From Lama glama (lineage: Eukaryota): 64,000 nucleotides of DNA. The translations under genes were made by a program, and so were the position numbers. Shown here one piece after another: positions 14,413 to 26,554 of the stretch. Location: assembly GCA_028534125.1 (NCBI GenBank), contig CM052816.1, positions 27,716,001 through 27,780,000 on the forward strand, given 5' to 3'. Positions within the stretch are counted from its first letter, which is position 1. Every line of letters starts with the position of its first letter. The notes under the pieces were generated by a model. The model searched no databases. It was not told the origin of the DNA and saw only the letters and a list, made by a program, of their open reading frames with translations.

Positions 14413-15019
14413 TTAAAAAAAAAAAAAAAAAAGCACAAAAAAGTAATTTCAGGTGCCAAAATAGATGGGGATAGAAATTATTTTTTAATATAACATACCA
14501 GGTTAGCCTAAGACACTGTTATATAGTATGGCTTCACTTTAATTTAAATTTTTTGAGGCTGTCCAGAAAACCTCTGTACTTTGATTTCAGTCTCAAAATG
14601 AATAACAGGATCCACTCTTTTCTTCTTTATAGACGTATTGGGTAAATTATTTATTTTATATGCTAAAATGCTTTGCCAGTTAGAAATTAAAGAACTCTAT
14701 GAATGTGGATTTTTATTCGCTGAGTCTTGTTTTGATTTATGTAATATATAGATCATGTTTTATCATACTATTTTCTTTAAAGCATTTGACTCTAAATACT
14801 GAACATTTAAAAAAATTTATCCACCTTAGAAAATATTTAAACAACACTCTACACTTTTGCATAGATCAGATGGGAGCAGAGTCACAAATAATGGGCAAAA
14901 GAAAAGATAAAAAGTAACTCCACCCCCTTATACTTGTATTTGTAATGAAGACATTTCCCCTCCTTTTCCCATTTCTGTTTATTCTGGCTTTTAGATTCTA
15001 ACAAGGTTAGTCACATAAG

Positions 15020-17375
15020 CAATGTTTCATTTCCATTACTGATCCTGGTCCTTCCTAAAATTACTTTGCTGTAAAGAAGCCTGTAACGTGACAAAGGCAG
15101 AGTGGAAAGAAGTCCATTGATCACAAAGGATTAGACTCTTGCTGTTAATAGAGTATTTGAGGGTTTTTGAATAGAGAACAATAGAGGACTTTGTCTTAGA
15201 AGAAGAAAAAGTATGTCATATAGGTATTGCTACTCTGTGTATTATGACTAGGAAATCTTTCAAATTGCAAAGGGAATGGTTGCACTCCACTGTGGAACAC
15301 TTTCTGGCCCTACAGTGGGATCCATTCAAAACTGGGAAACCTTCTAGGTCACCTGATAAATGAGTTGGTGCTGAACTCAAGTGCAGTACATGCTGCCTCT
15401 AAAATTGGAAGAGGTCTGGCAAACTGTTTTATTCATTTTATTAATTTATTTTATTCATCTGTGGTCAGAGATGCAAGGTGCACTCTTACTTTACCTTGGA
15501 GGAGGTATTTGGCATGCCTCAAACTGTTGGATTCCTGAAACTGTAGCCACTGGTTATCTTCCACCCTCTTACCTGAGTATCCAGAGTGTTTCTTTGCTCA
15601 CCAGATCGAGATAATCTTAGTGCCATCATTCTAACATGTTGCTCCCTGGACTGTTCAGATGAACCAGCTGTCTTTGGATTTATTGTAACAGCAGGCAAGT
15701 CAGCATCACTCTGGAGCAAGATTAGGAATGTAACTGCTGCCTGTTCTAGGTGAATGTGAACTGCCTCAGATACTCCTTTCTGGTGGATATTGAAAATAGT
15801 ATATACACTAAGCTCAAAAGTCACATACCATGAACTAGAGGCTGAGTCGGTCTGTTTTAGTAAAGATTCCATACCTAGAACAACAACTTCAGTTGGTGCT
15901 ACTGCTTGGATAAGTACACTGTGCTCCATTGGGATTCTTCTGTTTTTGCAGAGACTAGATTGGTGAACTAAATGACGATATAGTAGGGACCATTACCCTT
16001 GCTTCATTTAAGTCTATGGGGCTGGCACTGGTCCCTGCCATTCCACCAAGGATGTAGTACTCATTGGTTTTAAGAACTTTGATGGATGGGAAATTTCAGG
16101 GGTTTCTTCTCAGTCTTTCTGTCAGCTCTTATTCCATGTGTCAAGGAATTGATGTGAGGATCCTGGGACCTGCTAAGTAGGTTCATTCCAATTATACTTT
16201 TAGGAACTGAGATGATAACAACTGGATAGATTCATGGTTACATTCAACCCAAAGCAAGATAATCCTGGGCCAGGACTTCTTTTGCACATGACTTCCATAT
16301 TCCGTTATTGTAAATAGTGAGGCAATGATGGTGCTTTGGGTCTCTGGATATTAGTATGAGTTGGATTCTGTATCCAGTAGTCCTAAAGGGTCTTACTTTT
16401 TTTCCTCCATTGTATGATTACCCAAGAAAATGTCCATAGGACACTTTGGGAAAGAGAGAGGAAATTCACACTTGCCGTGGATTTGATGATTTCTTTGAGA
16501 AGACACAATTCTTCCTTCAATTGATGGGTTAAAGTGGGAGAACTGGCTCTTGTCTATCAAGGTAGCAGACATCATCCCTTCTGTACTTATTTTTATCATA
16601 TCATCTGTATCAAATTGGCTGCTTATTTATCTTGCCCTTAATAACACCATGGTCAATAGACATTACTATAGGTCCCTGAAGGTCAGTGCCCCCAGGTCAC
16701 ATTTTGATCTTGGTGCCAATATAATAAGTAAGTTCACCTTGTTTCTGGTGGTTAAGTGCTGTTTTCTGGGCTTGCTATTCTGGAATAATTTCATATCCAT
16801 TGATACTAGGGAACCCAGTCCTTTATCTATAACAGTACCTTTTCTACACTACTGAGCTTCTGAATAATGTTGATGACTGCCTCACCATCTTTTTTGTCTT
16901 GTGTAAATATTGAATATTTTCAACTAGTGAGTTCTTTGGTCTAGTATCGTAGATTCAACCTAGCATGCTTTCTGAGCCACTTCTCTTCTAGAATTCTTCA
17001 TTGTCAGTTCTCAATTCTGCATAGGTGGTTCTGCTATTTCTATCACATTTAACATCAATTACCAGTATTTTAAAATTCTGAAGAGCCATTCCAGTAGTTT
17101 ATTAATGTTGGTTCTAAGGGCTCTTGTCAGGAAATTAAATCCTGACTGCCTCCATCAATAAGACTCTTCCTTACTTGATCTTACACTCCAACCTCCATTC
17201 TCCCGCTATTCAACATCCTCAGTTTCCACTTCTAAGCATGCTCTTCCTGTTTACACCAGTATATAATAACCAAGTTTTGTCACTCCTTCTAGATATAACC
17301 TGATATACTTCTCTTTTCCTTAGCAGATCCGTCATCTTCCTAGTTGGCCCATGCTGAGATTTGAGCTTAATCATT
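15020..17375 (-). mobile_element. Decayed ERVL internal region (gag-pro-pol remnant)
   Basis: Minus strand at ~16330-16385 reads GLLDTES..(fs)ILISRDPKHH, like ERVL protease GLLDTGSELTLIPGDPK. ~15300-15530 resembles ERVL RT (GLFQF*RQH). Many stops and frameshifts. Confidence 0.75.
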
Positions 17376-17384
17376 GATACAGGG

Positions 17385-17490
17385 GAATATGGGTTGAACA
17401 GTATCCCCCTAAAATTCATGCCCACTCAGAATCTGTGAATCTAACCTTATTGGGAAAAAGGGTTTTTGCAAGTATTATTAAGTTAAAATC
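17385..17490 (+). mobile_element. MaLR (MLT1-like) LTR 5' fragment
   Basis: atgggttgaacagtatccccctaaaattcatg...ccttattgggaaaaagggtttttgcaag. Confidence 0.6.
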
Positions 17491-18679
17491 AGACTCAAAG
17501 AAAATAGAGTAGAAAATCAGTCTTCCTTGCTTCTCTGTGGCAATTTCTTTCCGGTTCCAGCACACTTGTACTCCCCCTGTACCTTCAGTATTGCTTCAGT
17601 CATTATGAACTTCTTTTTAGACACTGGAAGGTACCCTTTGCTCCTTTCCACAGGCTTCTGCTTGCTGTGCCCACTACCTGGAGCACTGTTCCACCCAGAA
17701 GTAATCACAGAGGGTGTGTGGGCAGGGGGTTAACAAAATCTTTTTCACATCTGCATGAGGCTTTAACTACTGGTTAGTCTAGTTCTGTTCACATGCAGAG
17801 TATATGTCTAGGCAATCTTGCTTGTGGAAAAATTACCCCTGATTGGCAAATTAACTTTGAGCTTCCCTGAGCATAGTAACTTTTGTTCCTGGGAATGCCT
17901 TTAGTGGATTTACTACAAGAGATATTGGCTCTTGTGGGACACGAGGCTTTTTAGCCAGGGCATCATCCATACTCATTTTATGGGGATCTTGAGAGGAAGC
18001 TTGGTTTATTCTGCCAGTAAGCTGTGGTTCCTATCCTATGTCCTTCAGAGTGGCATGGCACTAGTCTTGTAAGTATGAATGTTTGGTTGAACCCAGGAAG
18101 GCCCTTTGGTGGTTGCTACAGAGAATAAACAAATTAACATGAATTTATCCTTTGACAAGCCCCCTGCAGCTATTGCTTTCCCATAGGTATGCAACTGTGT
18201 CTACCACTCCTCCTTTTGCATCTTAGTCTGCTGGCTAATTTCCACTCTTTTGATCATATCTTAAATGGTTCTTAGAAGCCTTCAGGGAGTCCCACAACGC
18301 CTCTACTTATCCTCTTATGAGACTGAATTATAGTTATTTATTTAGTTTTTTACCCCAGTAAATTGAAAAATTCTTGTTGTTAGGGAAATGTCTATCTTTT
18401 CTTTTATGTATCTAGCATTTAGGATGCACTCTGTAATACTGCTGAGGAAGTGAATTAGGGACTAAAATTCCCTCAAGTCCCCAGATTTTACTGGTTCCAG
18501 ATAATGCTTAAGGAACAAAGTTGAAGGGAGTTATAGTTTGCTTAATGGTTTAGTTGTAGTTCATCTCGTGGGTTTTGTTGTTGTTGTTGCTCTTGTTAAG
18601 CACCACTACTAGTCAAGTCTGGAGAATAGATATTAATTTTGAGCCTTATATTCTTAAAGGTTGAATAGAGAGTCATCAT

Positions 18680-19105
18680 CAATTCAGTTTGACTTTTGAT
18701 TCAACTCCGAATATACATATTGAACACCTGAAGCTTGAAAAGTAAGAAACGCACGATACTGTGAAAGAGTAAAAGAGACTTGGATTTTTAGGGCATCTGT
18801 GGATTCAGGATGAAGTGGCAGAGCCACATTTAATCATAGAAGGTCGGCTGTATTAGCATCTCAAACCAGGTGCAGGACAATTAGCCTTGTAGAGGTCAGA
18901 TTTGACTATGATCTTAAAGAAGTTGGGGGATGAGAACTCTATGCAGAAGAGGCATCATGGGAAGCTCCCAAAGATGAGAGGATAGAGTTACATTTGGAGT
19001 AGAAAGAATGTAGGCAAAACTTCTGTGGTGTTTGAATGCAATATGGATAGTACGTATGTTGCAACTTAGAGAATTGATTTAAATTGGATCAAGGTTTTGA
19101 ATCTT
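18680..19105 (-). mobile_element. Degenerate L2 fragment
   Basis: tcaactccgaatatacatattgaacacctg tail followed by an L2-like body. Confidence 0.4.
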
Positions 19106-19624
19106 CTTTTTTATCTCTAGATAATTTAGTGGCTGACAATGTCCTTTCTTACTGTAATATGTTGCAGTTTGAAATATTATGAAATAATAAAGTGCATAAA
19201 ACATACATGTGCTGATCTTTACATATGCTTTGAGTAACTAATTTAAGTGCTGGAACCCTGGGACACCATTTCCGCCAAAGATGTGGTTTGCCGTTATTAC
19301 TCAAGTTACGTAACACAACATTCTTTCAGTATATGGGTTAGACCTAGATAAACCAACAATGATTGATGATTGATGAGAGTAAGCCTCCTGCTTGTTGTGT
19401 TGTAACTCTATCAGTGTTAGCTCAGGAATAAACAAGTTTGATAGTATTACTTTCTTTGTGAAGGGAGCTAGACATTACATATTTTATGTCATAGAAACTT
19501 TTTGATAATGATTAATTATTTAATTGTGCTATTCTGAATGATTTTATGGTTTAGAATAGGATATAGTGATATAGCATTTAAACATAAGCTCTAAACCTTC
19601 TCCAATGATTATAATGAAGAAAGG

Positions 19625-19815
19625 TGATAGTCACTGATTACCTACCTGTATGTGGTAAGCCCTAAACAAAGTATTTTAAGTGCATTCTCTCACTGAATCT
19701 TCACAAAAACATTGTGCAGTAGGAATCAGTATATCCATTTTGGCTGTTTACGATTTACAGAGAATATATGCATATTTATGTCCAGTTTTATACAATTCGA
19801 AGGGATTCAGGTAAA
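19625..19815 (-). mobile_element. MIR SINE
   Basis: cattctctcactgaatcttcacaaaaacattgtgcagtagg...tccatttt. Confidence 0.55.
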
Positions 19816-20444
19816 AATGTTTCTAATTTTATTTTCAACAAAAGTAGGAGGAATATTTTAAAAGTTGAATAATACAGCAATGCTGTCTTTATTGACATAA
19901 ATTATAGGAGGGAATTTTAGAACCAGAAAGGACCAGAGAGTGTGTATTTCATACCTTATTTTGTGAATGAAGAAGCTGTGTGCTAGAGAGTGCTGGCACA
20001 GAGTGACAAATTTTGATAGCAACAGACCTGCCCCAGGACAATATTCTTTCAAGTATATTATACTCACCTAATATATGATGTGTTTTCCCAGTAATGATTA
20101 GTGTATTAGAATGCAGCAAAACCATGAGATGCTAGTGCTCACTTAGGGACAGTGGAGTGATGATTTACATTTTTATCAAACAGAATAAAACAACACTTTT
20201 TGATAAAGAGTTGCCTATCACCAGAACCTCCTTAACTGAAGCTTTAGATAGAATCTATTGCTATAGGAAAAAATGAAATAACCACTCAATTGTATTTGCT
20301 CAGGGTGTTCACAAAGATCAGGATAGTCAGCCACTCATTTAACTAGAGTCTGCTAACACCATTTAGTAACCACCATATTTTAGACTGTTACAGAAATCCT
20401 GTGGAATCTACAAATGAATCCTGTTCTTAAGAATCTCATAAAAA

Positions 20445-20705
20445 ACCTTTTGTTTAACAATCCTACTTTGAGAAATTTATTATATGAAAAATATGGTATA
20501 TAGCGAATACATAAAGGTGTAAGTTAACTTAATTGCAGTGTTGTACATAAGAATAAAATACTGAAAGTAAGCTGTCTTTCAGTGGAGCACTGGTAAGTTA
20601 TAGGAGACATACAATGAAACATCATACTGCCCTTTAATAGAATGAAGTCGTTCTCTTTGTGTTAATGTGGAGAGGTAGTCGTAAGATATTTTTAATGAAA
20701 AAAAT
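20445..20705 (+). mobile_element. Old L1 (L1ME-like) 3' fragment
   Basis: aacaatcctactttgagaaatttatt...attgcagtgttgtacataag...tagaatgaag. Confidence 0.5.
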
Positions 20706-21624
20706 CAGTGTGTTTGTGTGTATACACAATCCCATGTTTGGAGGGAAAAAGTGTATATGCAAGTGTAAAATATTAGTAGAGATAATATTAAGATAGAAGA
20801 GGTGTGAGAAAGGTTAAGAACAAGTGTGCTTGCTAGAAAGGGGAATGGCAATATGTGATAATCTAGAATTTAGATTCTAAATGATTGCCTTAGAATCTAG
20901 GGCTTTTTTATATGGTTATAGGTATTGCAGTGGTTTTGATATTAAATCATATTTTTAAAATGTTCACATTTTATCAGCATATACTACCAGCGATATTTTC
21001 TATTGATCATCATAATTTGTTCACCTAAATATGACTTACAGTTAAGAGAATATAGATCTTGCTAACATCTTTTTTCTTGGTTAAAAATAATAACAACTTT
21101 CAGTTCAATAACTTTTACAATAATTTTTTGTTGCCTTTGAGCATGAATAAATTTCTGTCCAAAAATCTGCAATGTATTTTAATAAATCAGAGTTTTGTGG
21201 TTCATTTAATTATAAGCCTAAAGCTAAGTTGTGTATTTATCTTCATGATATAGAAAAATGGTGCTATCAAACTTCTCACTCACTGAATTGATGACATGCA
21301 CTCATGCATGCCTACTGGAAAAACAGTAACTAAAATAAATGAAATATGGAGATATTTTAGGATAGTGAATGCAGGACACTTTTGAGACTGCCCCTCTTCA
21401 CCCAATAATTGTTTCTGTAACTGTAGAAATTAATCATTTTTACCCAACTGATTAAAAAAAAACCCTTGTTTTATTTTTCCTTCTGCATAAAGTAGGACTT
21501 TATTGCTTTGCATTTAGTAAGGAGTCATCAGGTACATGGCATTCACAGATTAGGTCCCTGTGTGTAGTTCATTTGTAATCCAATCTAGAAAATAGATGGC
21601 TTGAACAAGCATGCTGTAAAGGTA

Positions 21625-21815
21625 CTCCTCCTTCCTTCGTTCCTTCCTCCCTCCCTCCTTCCCTCTGTCTCTCTCTTTCTTTCCCTCCTTCCCTTATCCC
21701 TCCCTTCTTTCTTTCCTTCCTTCCTTCCTTCCTTCCTTCCTTCCTTCCTTCCTTCCTTCCTTCCTTCCTTCCTTCCTTCCTTCCTTCTTTCCTTCCTCCC
21801 TCCCTCCCTCCCTCT
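21625..21815. repeat. Polypyrimidine tract with a pure (TTCC)18 core at 21713-21784
   Basis: Directly visible. Confidence 0.95.
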
Positions 21816-22916
21816 AGCAGATAAAAGTTCCCTGGGACAAAATCAATCACAAAGCTTGCTTTCTGAAATATCATTGCTGTGAAATTCACAGTTATTACAG
21901 TTTTTTGGCTTTGTGATTCTCCTGATGAGTCTTCCTGAACTCTGGGCTGGCCTTGAAATCCCCTAGACTTTAATCTTCTCAAGTTAACTGTTTGTATTGG
22001 AGGGGTGGCAATATGTTGGAATGTTTGCTGGTGGCCTATGTTGATCCCCAATATAATCTGAATCTCCCACCTGGAAGAGGACTGCCATGTGTAATTGCAC
22101 AGTTTGTGTTCTTTGAACAATTGGGTGTAACTGAGGGGTCTATAGGTGGCCAAAATCCTGCCTGTGCTTCCTGCTTAGTCTGTGTCCATTGAAGTAAGGA
22201 ATGCTCACTGTACAACAGCATTGTTCATGTGCCAATCTGGGTCTTGCAGGGTTGATATTTTTTAACTTGTACAAAGGCGCTATATGGCTTAGCAGGAGTC
22301 TTGACTTGGAAGAATTTTAATTTGATTCGCCTTCCAATGATATTGAAATTGGAATAGTGATCATGTACTTCAACCTTAGGTCCAAAGGTCCAAATTTTAA
22401 AAGTTTAAATTCAGTTCTCAGCTCTGAGTTGTCTTCTTTGTTCTCTGAGTTTCCAGTGTCTTGGGTATTGACTAGCACATTCAACAAGTAGTTGATAAGT
22501 GAATTGGTAAATGAATAAACAATGGATTGCTTCACTCAGATGGCTCCAAATACTACATGTATAGGTAGAAATTTAGGTGATGGGGAATGGCACCCTTATA
22601 GGATAGTAGCCTGGGTTTCTGTGAGTGATTGGTAAATTTGCTTTATTTTCTGATGTGTACAGGAAAGGTTATAAGCACTTCCTCTAGAAGCGCCACTGGT
22701 TGCTCCAATTATGCAAAGACAAGGGTCCATATATACTTGATCTATATACTAAGACACAAGTCCAGAGGTACCTGAAAATCTGTGATGGGGCAAGTGGAAT
22801 GCCACAAGCCTTCTAGAGCTGAATGAATCCTAGAGGAACCACAGAGTTTCCTGTGGGACCCTAAAGATTTGACATCACCTTGAGTCAGCCCTTTAAGATC
22901 CCAGCATATTGGTTAG

Positions 22917-23292
22917 TGTTAAGGGACTGAATTATTTCCCCTGCAAGTCCATATGTTGAAGTCCTAACATGCAATGTGACTGTATTTGGACATATGTTCT
23001 TTCAGCAGATAATTAGGTTAAATGAGGTCATAAGGAGGGGACCCTAATCTGATAGGGCTGATGTTTTGTAAGAAGAGGAAGAGACACCAGGAGTGTGCTG
23101 CGCAGAGGAAAAGCCATGTTAGGACACAGGGAGAAGATGGCCATCTATGAGCCAAAGAGAGAACTCTCACCAGAAACCAACCCTGCTGGGACCTTGGTCT
23201 TGGACTCTTAGCCTCCAGAGCTACAAGAAAATAAATTTGTGTTGTTTAGGCCACCCAGTCTGTTGTTATGGCAGCCCTAGCAGGCCAATGCA
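22917..23292 (+). mobile_element. MLT1A-type MaLR solo LTR
   Basis: TG...CA ends; 5-bp TSD gttag/gctag; typical motifs (aatgtgactgtatttgga, ctctcaccagaaaccaaccctgctgg, aataaatttgtgttgttt). Confidence 0.9.
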
Positions 23293-23371
23293 GCTAGTGA
23301 TCCTTTGTTACCAGTAGGATTTAACTTACTGTCACAAAAATTCTGTGGAGAATGCTAAGGAACAGACAATA

Positions 23372-23865
23372 CAGATGGTCCCTGACGTACAATATTTCAG
23401 CTTATGACATTTCAACTTTACCATGATGTGAACTCTATAAGCATTGAATAAAAATTACACTTTGAATTTTGAATTTTGATCTTTTCCTGGGCTAGCAATA
23501 TACTGCATGACACCCTCTCGTGACGGTGGTCAGTGGCAGTGAGGTGCAGCTCCCAGTCAGCCTTGCAATCACAAGATTAAACTACAGAGACGCAATCATT
23601 CTGTAACCCATAAAGCCATTCTGTTTTTCACTTTCATCACAAGAGTCAAAGAATTGCATGAGAGACTCATTATAAACTAGGCTTTGTGTTAGATGATTTT
23701 GCCCAACTGTAGGCCAGTATAATTGTTCTGAGCACATTTAAGTAGGCTAAGCTAAGCTACAATGTTCAGTAGGTTAGGTGTATTAAATGCATTTTCAACT
23801 TACAATATTTTCAACGTACGATCAGTTGATGGGACTTAACTCTGTGATATGTCAAGGAACATTTG
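23372..23865 (-). mobile_element. MER47/Tigger5-type non-autonomous DNA transposon
   Basis: TA target sites; TIRs cagatggtccctgac / gtcaaggaacatttg; internal ggttaggtgtattaaatgcattttcaacttac. Confidence 0.85.
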
Positions 23866-26041
23866 TAATTTAAGCAGGGACTCATCAAGACCATGTAGGG
23901 CCATCATAGTAATATGAAAACAGAGAACATTGAAAGATTTTTTGATTCAGGCATTTTTCAAAGTTTAGTTATGGTAAGAAATGGAGGAAAGTTAGTAAAG
24001 GAGGGGAAAACTACTAAAAATATCATTCTTTCCCAGTTAAAATCAGGTAAGTAGTATATTACATCAAGAAGGAGTAATGGCTGAATTGTACTATTAGGGT
24101 AAGATACACAAAGGGCAGAGTAGAGACAAAATAGAGATTAGACAGTCCAACAAAATGTTCACTATGACACTCTTATCTTTGGGTAATACATGTTCCTATA
24201 TGTGAAAGCTGTTATTTTGGCAGAAGCTGATTAAGTAACTACTAAATCATGTAAGATACTCTTTCTCAAAACACTGACCTTCTCATTGCTAGGGTAAGCT
24301 AATAACTTATGTGTTTATAAAGGTCTTGAATAAGACTTTGTTTTCACATTGAGGAATCATCCCCAGAGAAAAGGGCAGCCATATTGTTCCAAATTTAAAG
24401 CTGACAAATCAAATAATGGTTAAAAGAGCTATTTTCTAGTAGAAATTAAAAGTAAAGATTTATGTTATTTTATTGGTAATCAGATTTGGGGGGGGTGCCT
24501 ATGGAGTGAACTTGAATTTTTAAGTGACACTTCTTAGCATTCATTATTTCCTTTTAAAATTGTTTAACTTGTAAATCTTAGCAGTTTGATACACATAAAT
24601 TCATGCATGGACCCTTTATGCTTTGGTAAAAGTATATTTCAGAATCATTTCAGATGACAAGCTGTTTCATTATTCTACACAGTATGCGCAAGCCTTAATA
24701 TATAATGTGTGTGTGTATATATATTTGTGAACAATTCTTATGTGAACTTGTATTATCATTTATGAATAACCTCTAAATTGGGAACAATATCTTTTACTTA
24801 TATAATGAAAGCAGTTAGGAAAATAAAGTTATCTATATGTATTTAAAATTATCTAATTCTTAGCATTCTCATCATGTGCCTTATGTGATTGCTAGAAAAA
24901 TTTTAAAATGGCTTTCTTGAAAGTGATGAATCATTTCAATACAGGGTATTCTGAAAGCCTTGAGGAGACTATTGTGCATTGAGGTGTGATTTTTGCAGAT
25001 ATGCATTATCATTAGAATTTATCTTTTTTTGCATCCAAAAGTTTCAGTTTAGGGCTAACCACAGACAACAGCCAGGTCAGAGAGACAGATGTTCTGAAAG
25101 GATTTAGTCCTCCAAGCATGACATCCTCTGAAATACCAGTGGGTCACAGGATTGACCTGACCTGTCTTACTTAAAAAAAAAAAAGTAGTAGGCATCCAAT
25201 ATGATTCTGATGATCTGATACCATGACTTCTGTCTTAAGAGAGTGAAAAATGTAACAACCTGATACATAGAATGTATTTAAAAAAAGAAAATCCTTTAGA
25301 AAACTGTGAAGGGCCAGAAGTGGTGACTCATTATTGAAATTGGAAATGAATCCTTGATGATACTTGTATATAAAGAATAATGTAAGTAATTTGGAGCAAG
25401 ACTTGAATAACATTTTTTACTTTGAGAAATAATGCATTGAATGACTATGCAGTTAGCAGGTATGGATGTTACACATATTTTTGGTTGATACTCTTGGTTT
25501 TCCATTTTTTATTAAAAAATCAAATGTAATGATATATCTGGAATGAATCAAGTTTTTCAAGCCTTTTACATTTTTTTATCTGTTTTTATCTACAATTTAA
25601 CCCCTTTGTACTGAATCTGAAAAATATTGCAGCTAAACTGAAACAGAAGTTATGCTTCATCAGATTTGATTTATGCTTTAAACTTGAGTTTACTAATACT
25701 TTACCTGAAGATTTTATAAGATCATTTCCAAACAATAAAAAGACATTTAATAATTATTTGATAATTAGAAATTACATGTGAAGGAGATTATAAATAGTGC
25801 AAAAAGTTCAAATTGGTTTCTTACAATGTTAAAAATGGCCCACCTTCGAAGATATAACTTACTCTATATGAAATATGTTATATTTAAATGTGCTTATTGG
25901 AGCCTGCTCCAGGAGGTGCAAATAACTGAATTAGTCATTGATGAATGATATTTGAATCAATGATCACAAATGAGAAATGGCTGCTGATTAAACAGAATTG
26001 AGACTTAGAGGATATATTTCCAAGAGAGTTTCAACACCATA

Positions 26042-26554
26042 TGTACAAGGCAGCCTTTACTTTCATCTTGGGTGATCCCTACCTCCTGGTATCCACACAC
26101 TTGTGTAATTCCCTTCCCTTAAGTGTGAGCAGGACTTATTGACTTGCTAATGAATACAATGTGGTGAACAATATAGAATATCACTTCCAAGGTTGGGTGA
26201 GAAAAGACTAAGGCTTTTATTGTGGATGTTCTCTCTTGCTCTTTCTTGGATCATTTAATCAATGTGGAAATAAATTGCTATGTTGTGAGGCAGACCTGTG
26301 GGGAGGGACAAGTGAGTGAGCTTGGATGCAGGTGTTCTGGGACCTGCCAACAGCCACCTGATGCACCTTGGAAGGGCATCTTCCCCCAATCCAGTCTTGT
26401 GATAATAGCTTGTTTGCAATTTCATAAAAGACTTTGAGCCAGAGGCACCAAGCTATGTTGCACCTGGAGTCCTGATCTGCAGAAACTGGAAGATAATAAA
26501 TGTTTGTTGTTTTCAGCTATTAATTTTGTTATATAGCAATAGATAACCAGTACA
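26042..26554 (+). mobile_element. MLT1E/F-type MaLR solo LTR
   Basis: TG...CA ends; TSD ccata/ccatg; gatccctacctcctggtat and ataataaatgtttgttgtttt...gcaatagataac. Confidence 0.85.

Noticed and set aside
15519..15929. 136-aa minus-strand ORF
   Set aside because: It lies in the decayed ERVL pol region; neighbouring motifs are broken by stops and frameshifts and no intact RT catalytic motif is visible.
21569..22153. 194-aa ORF with KEGR repeats
   Set aside because: Translation of the (TTCC)n microsatellite.
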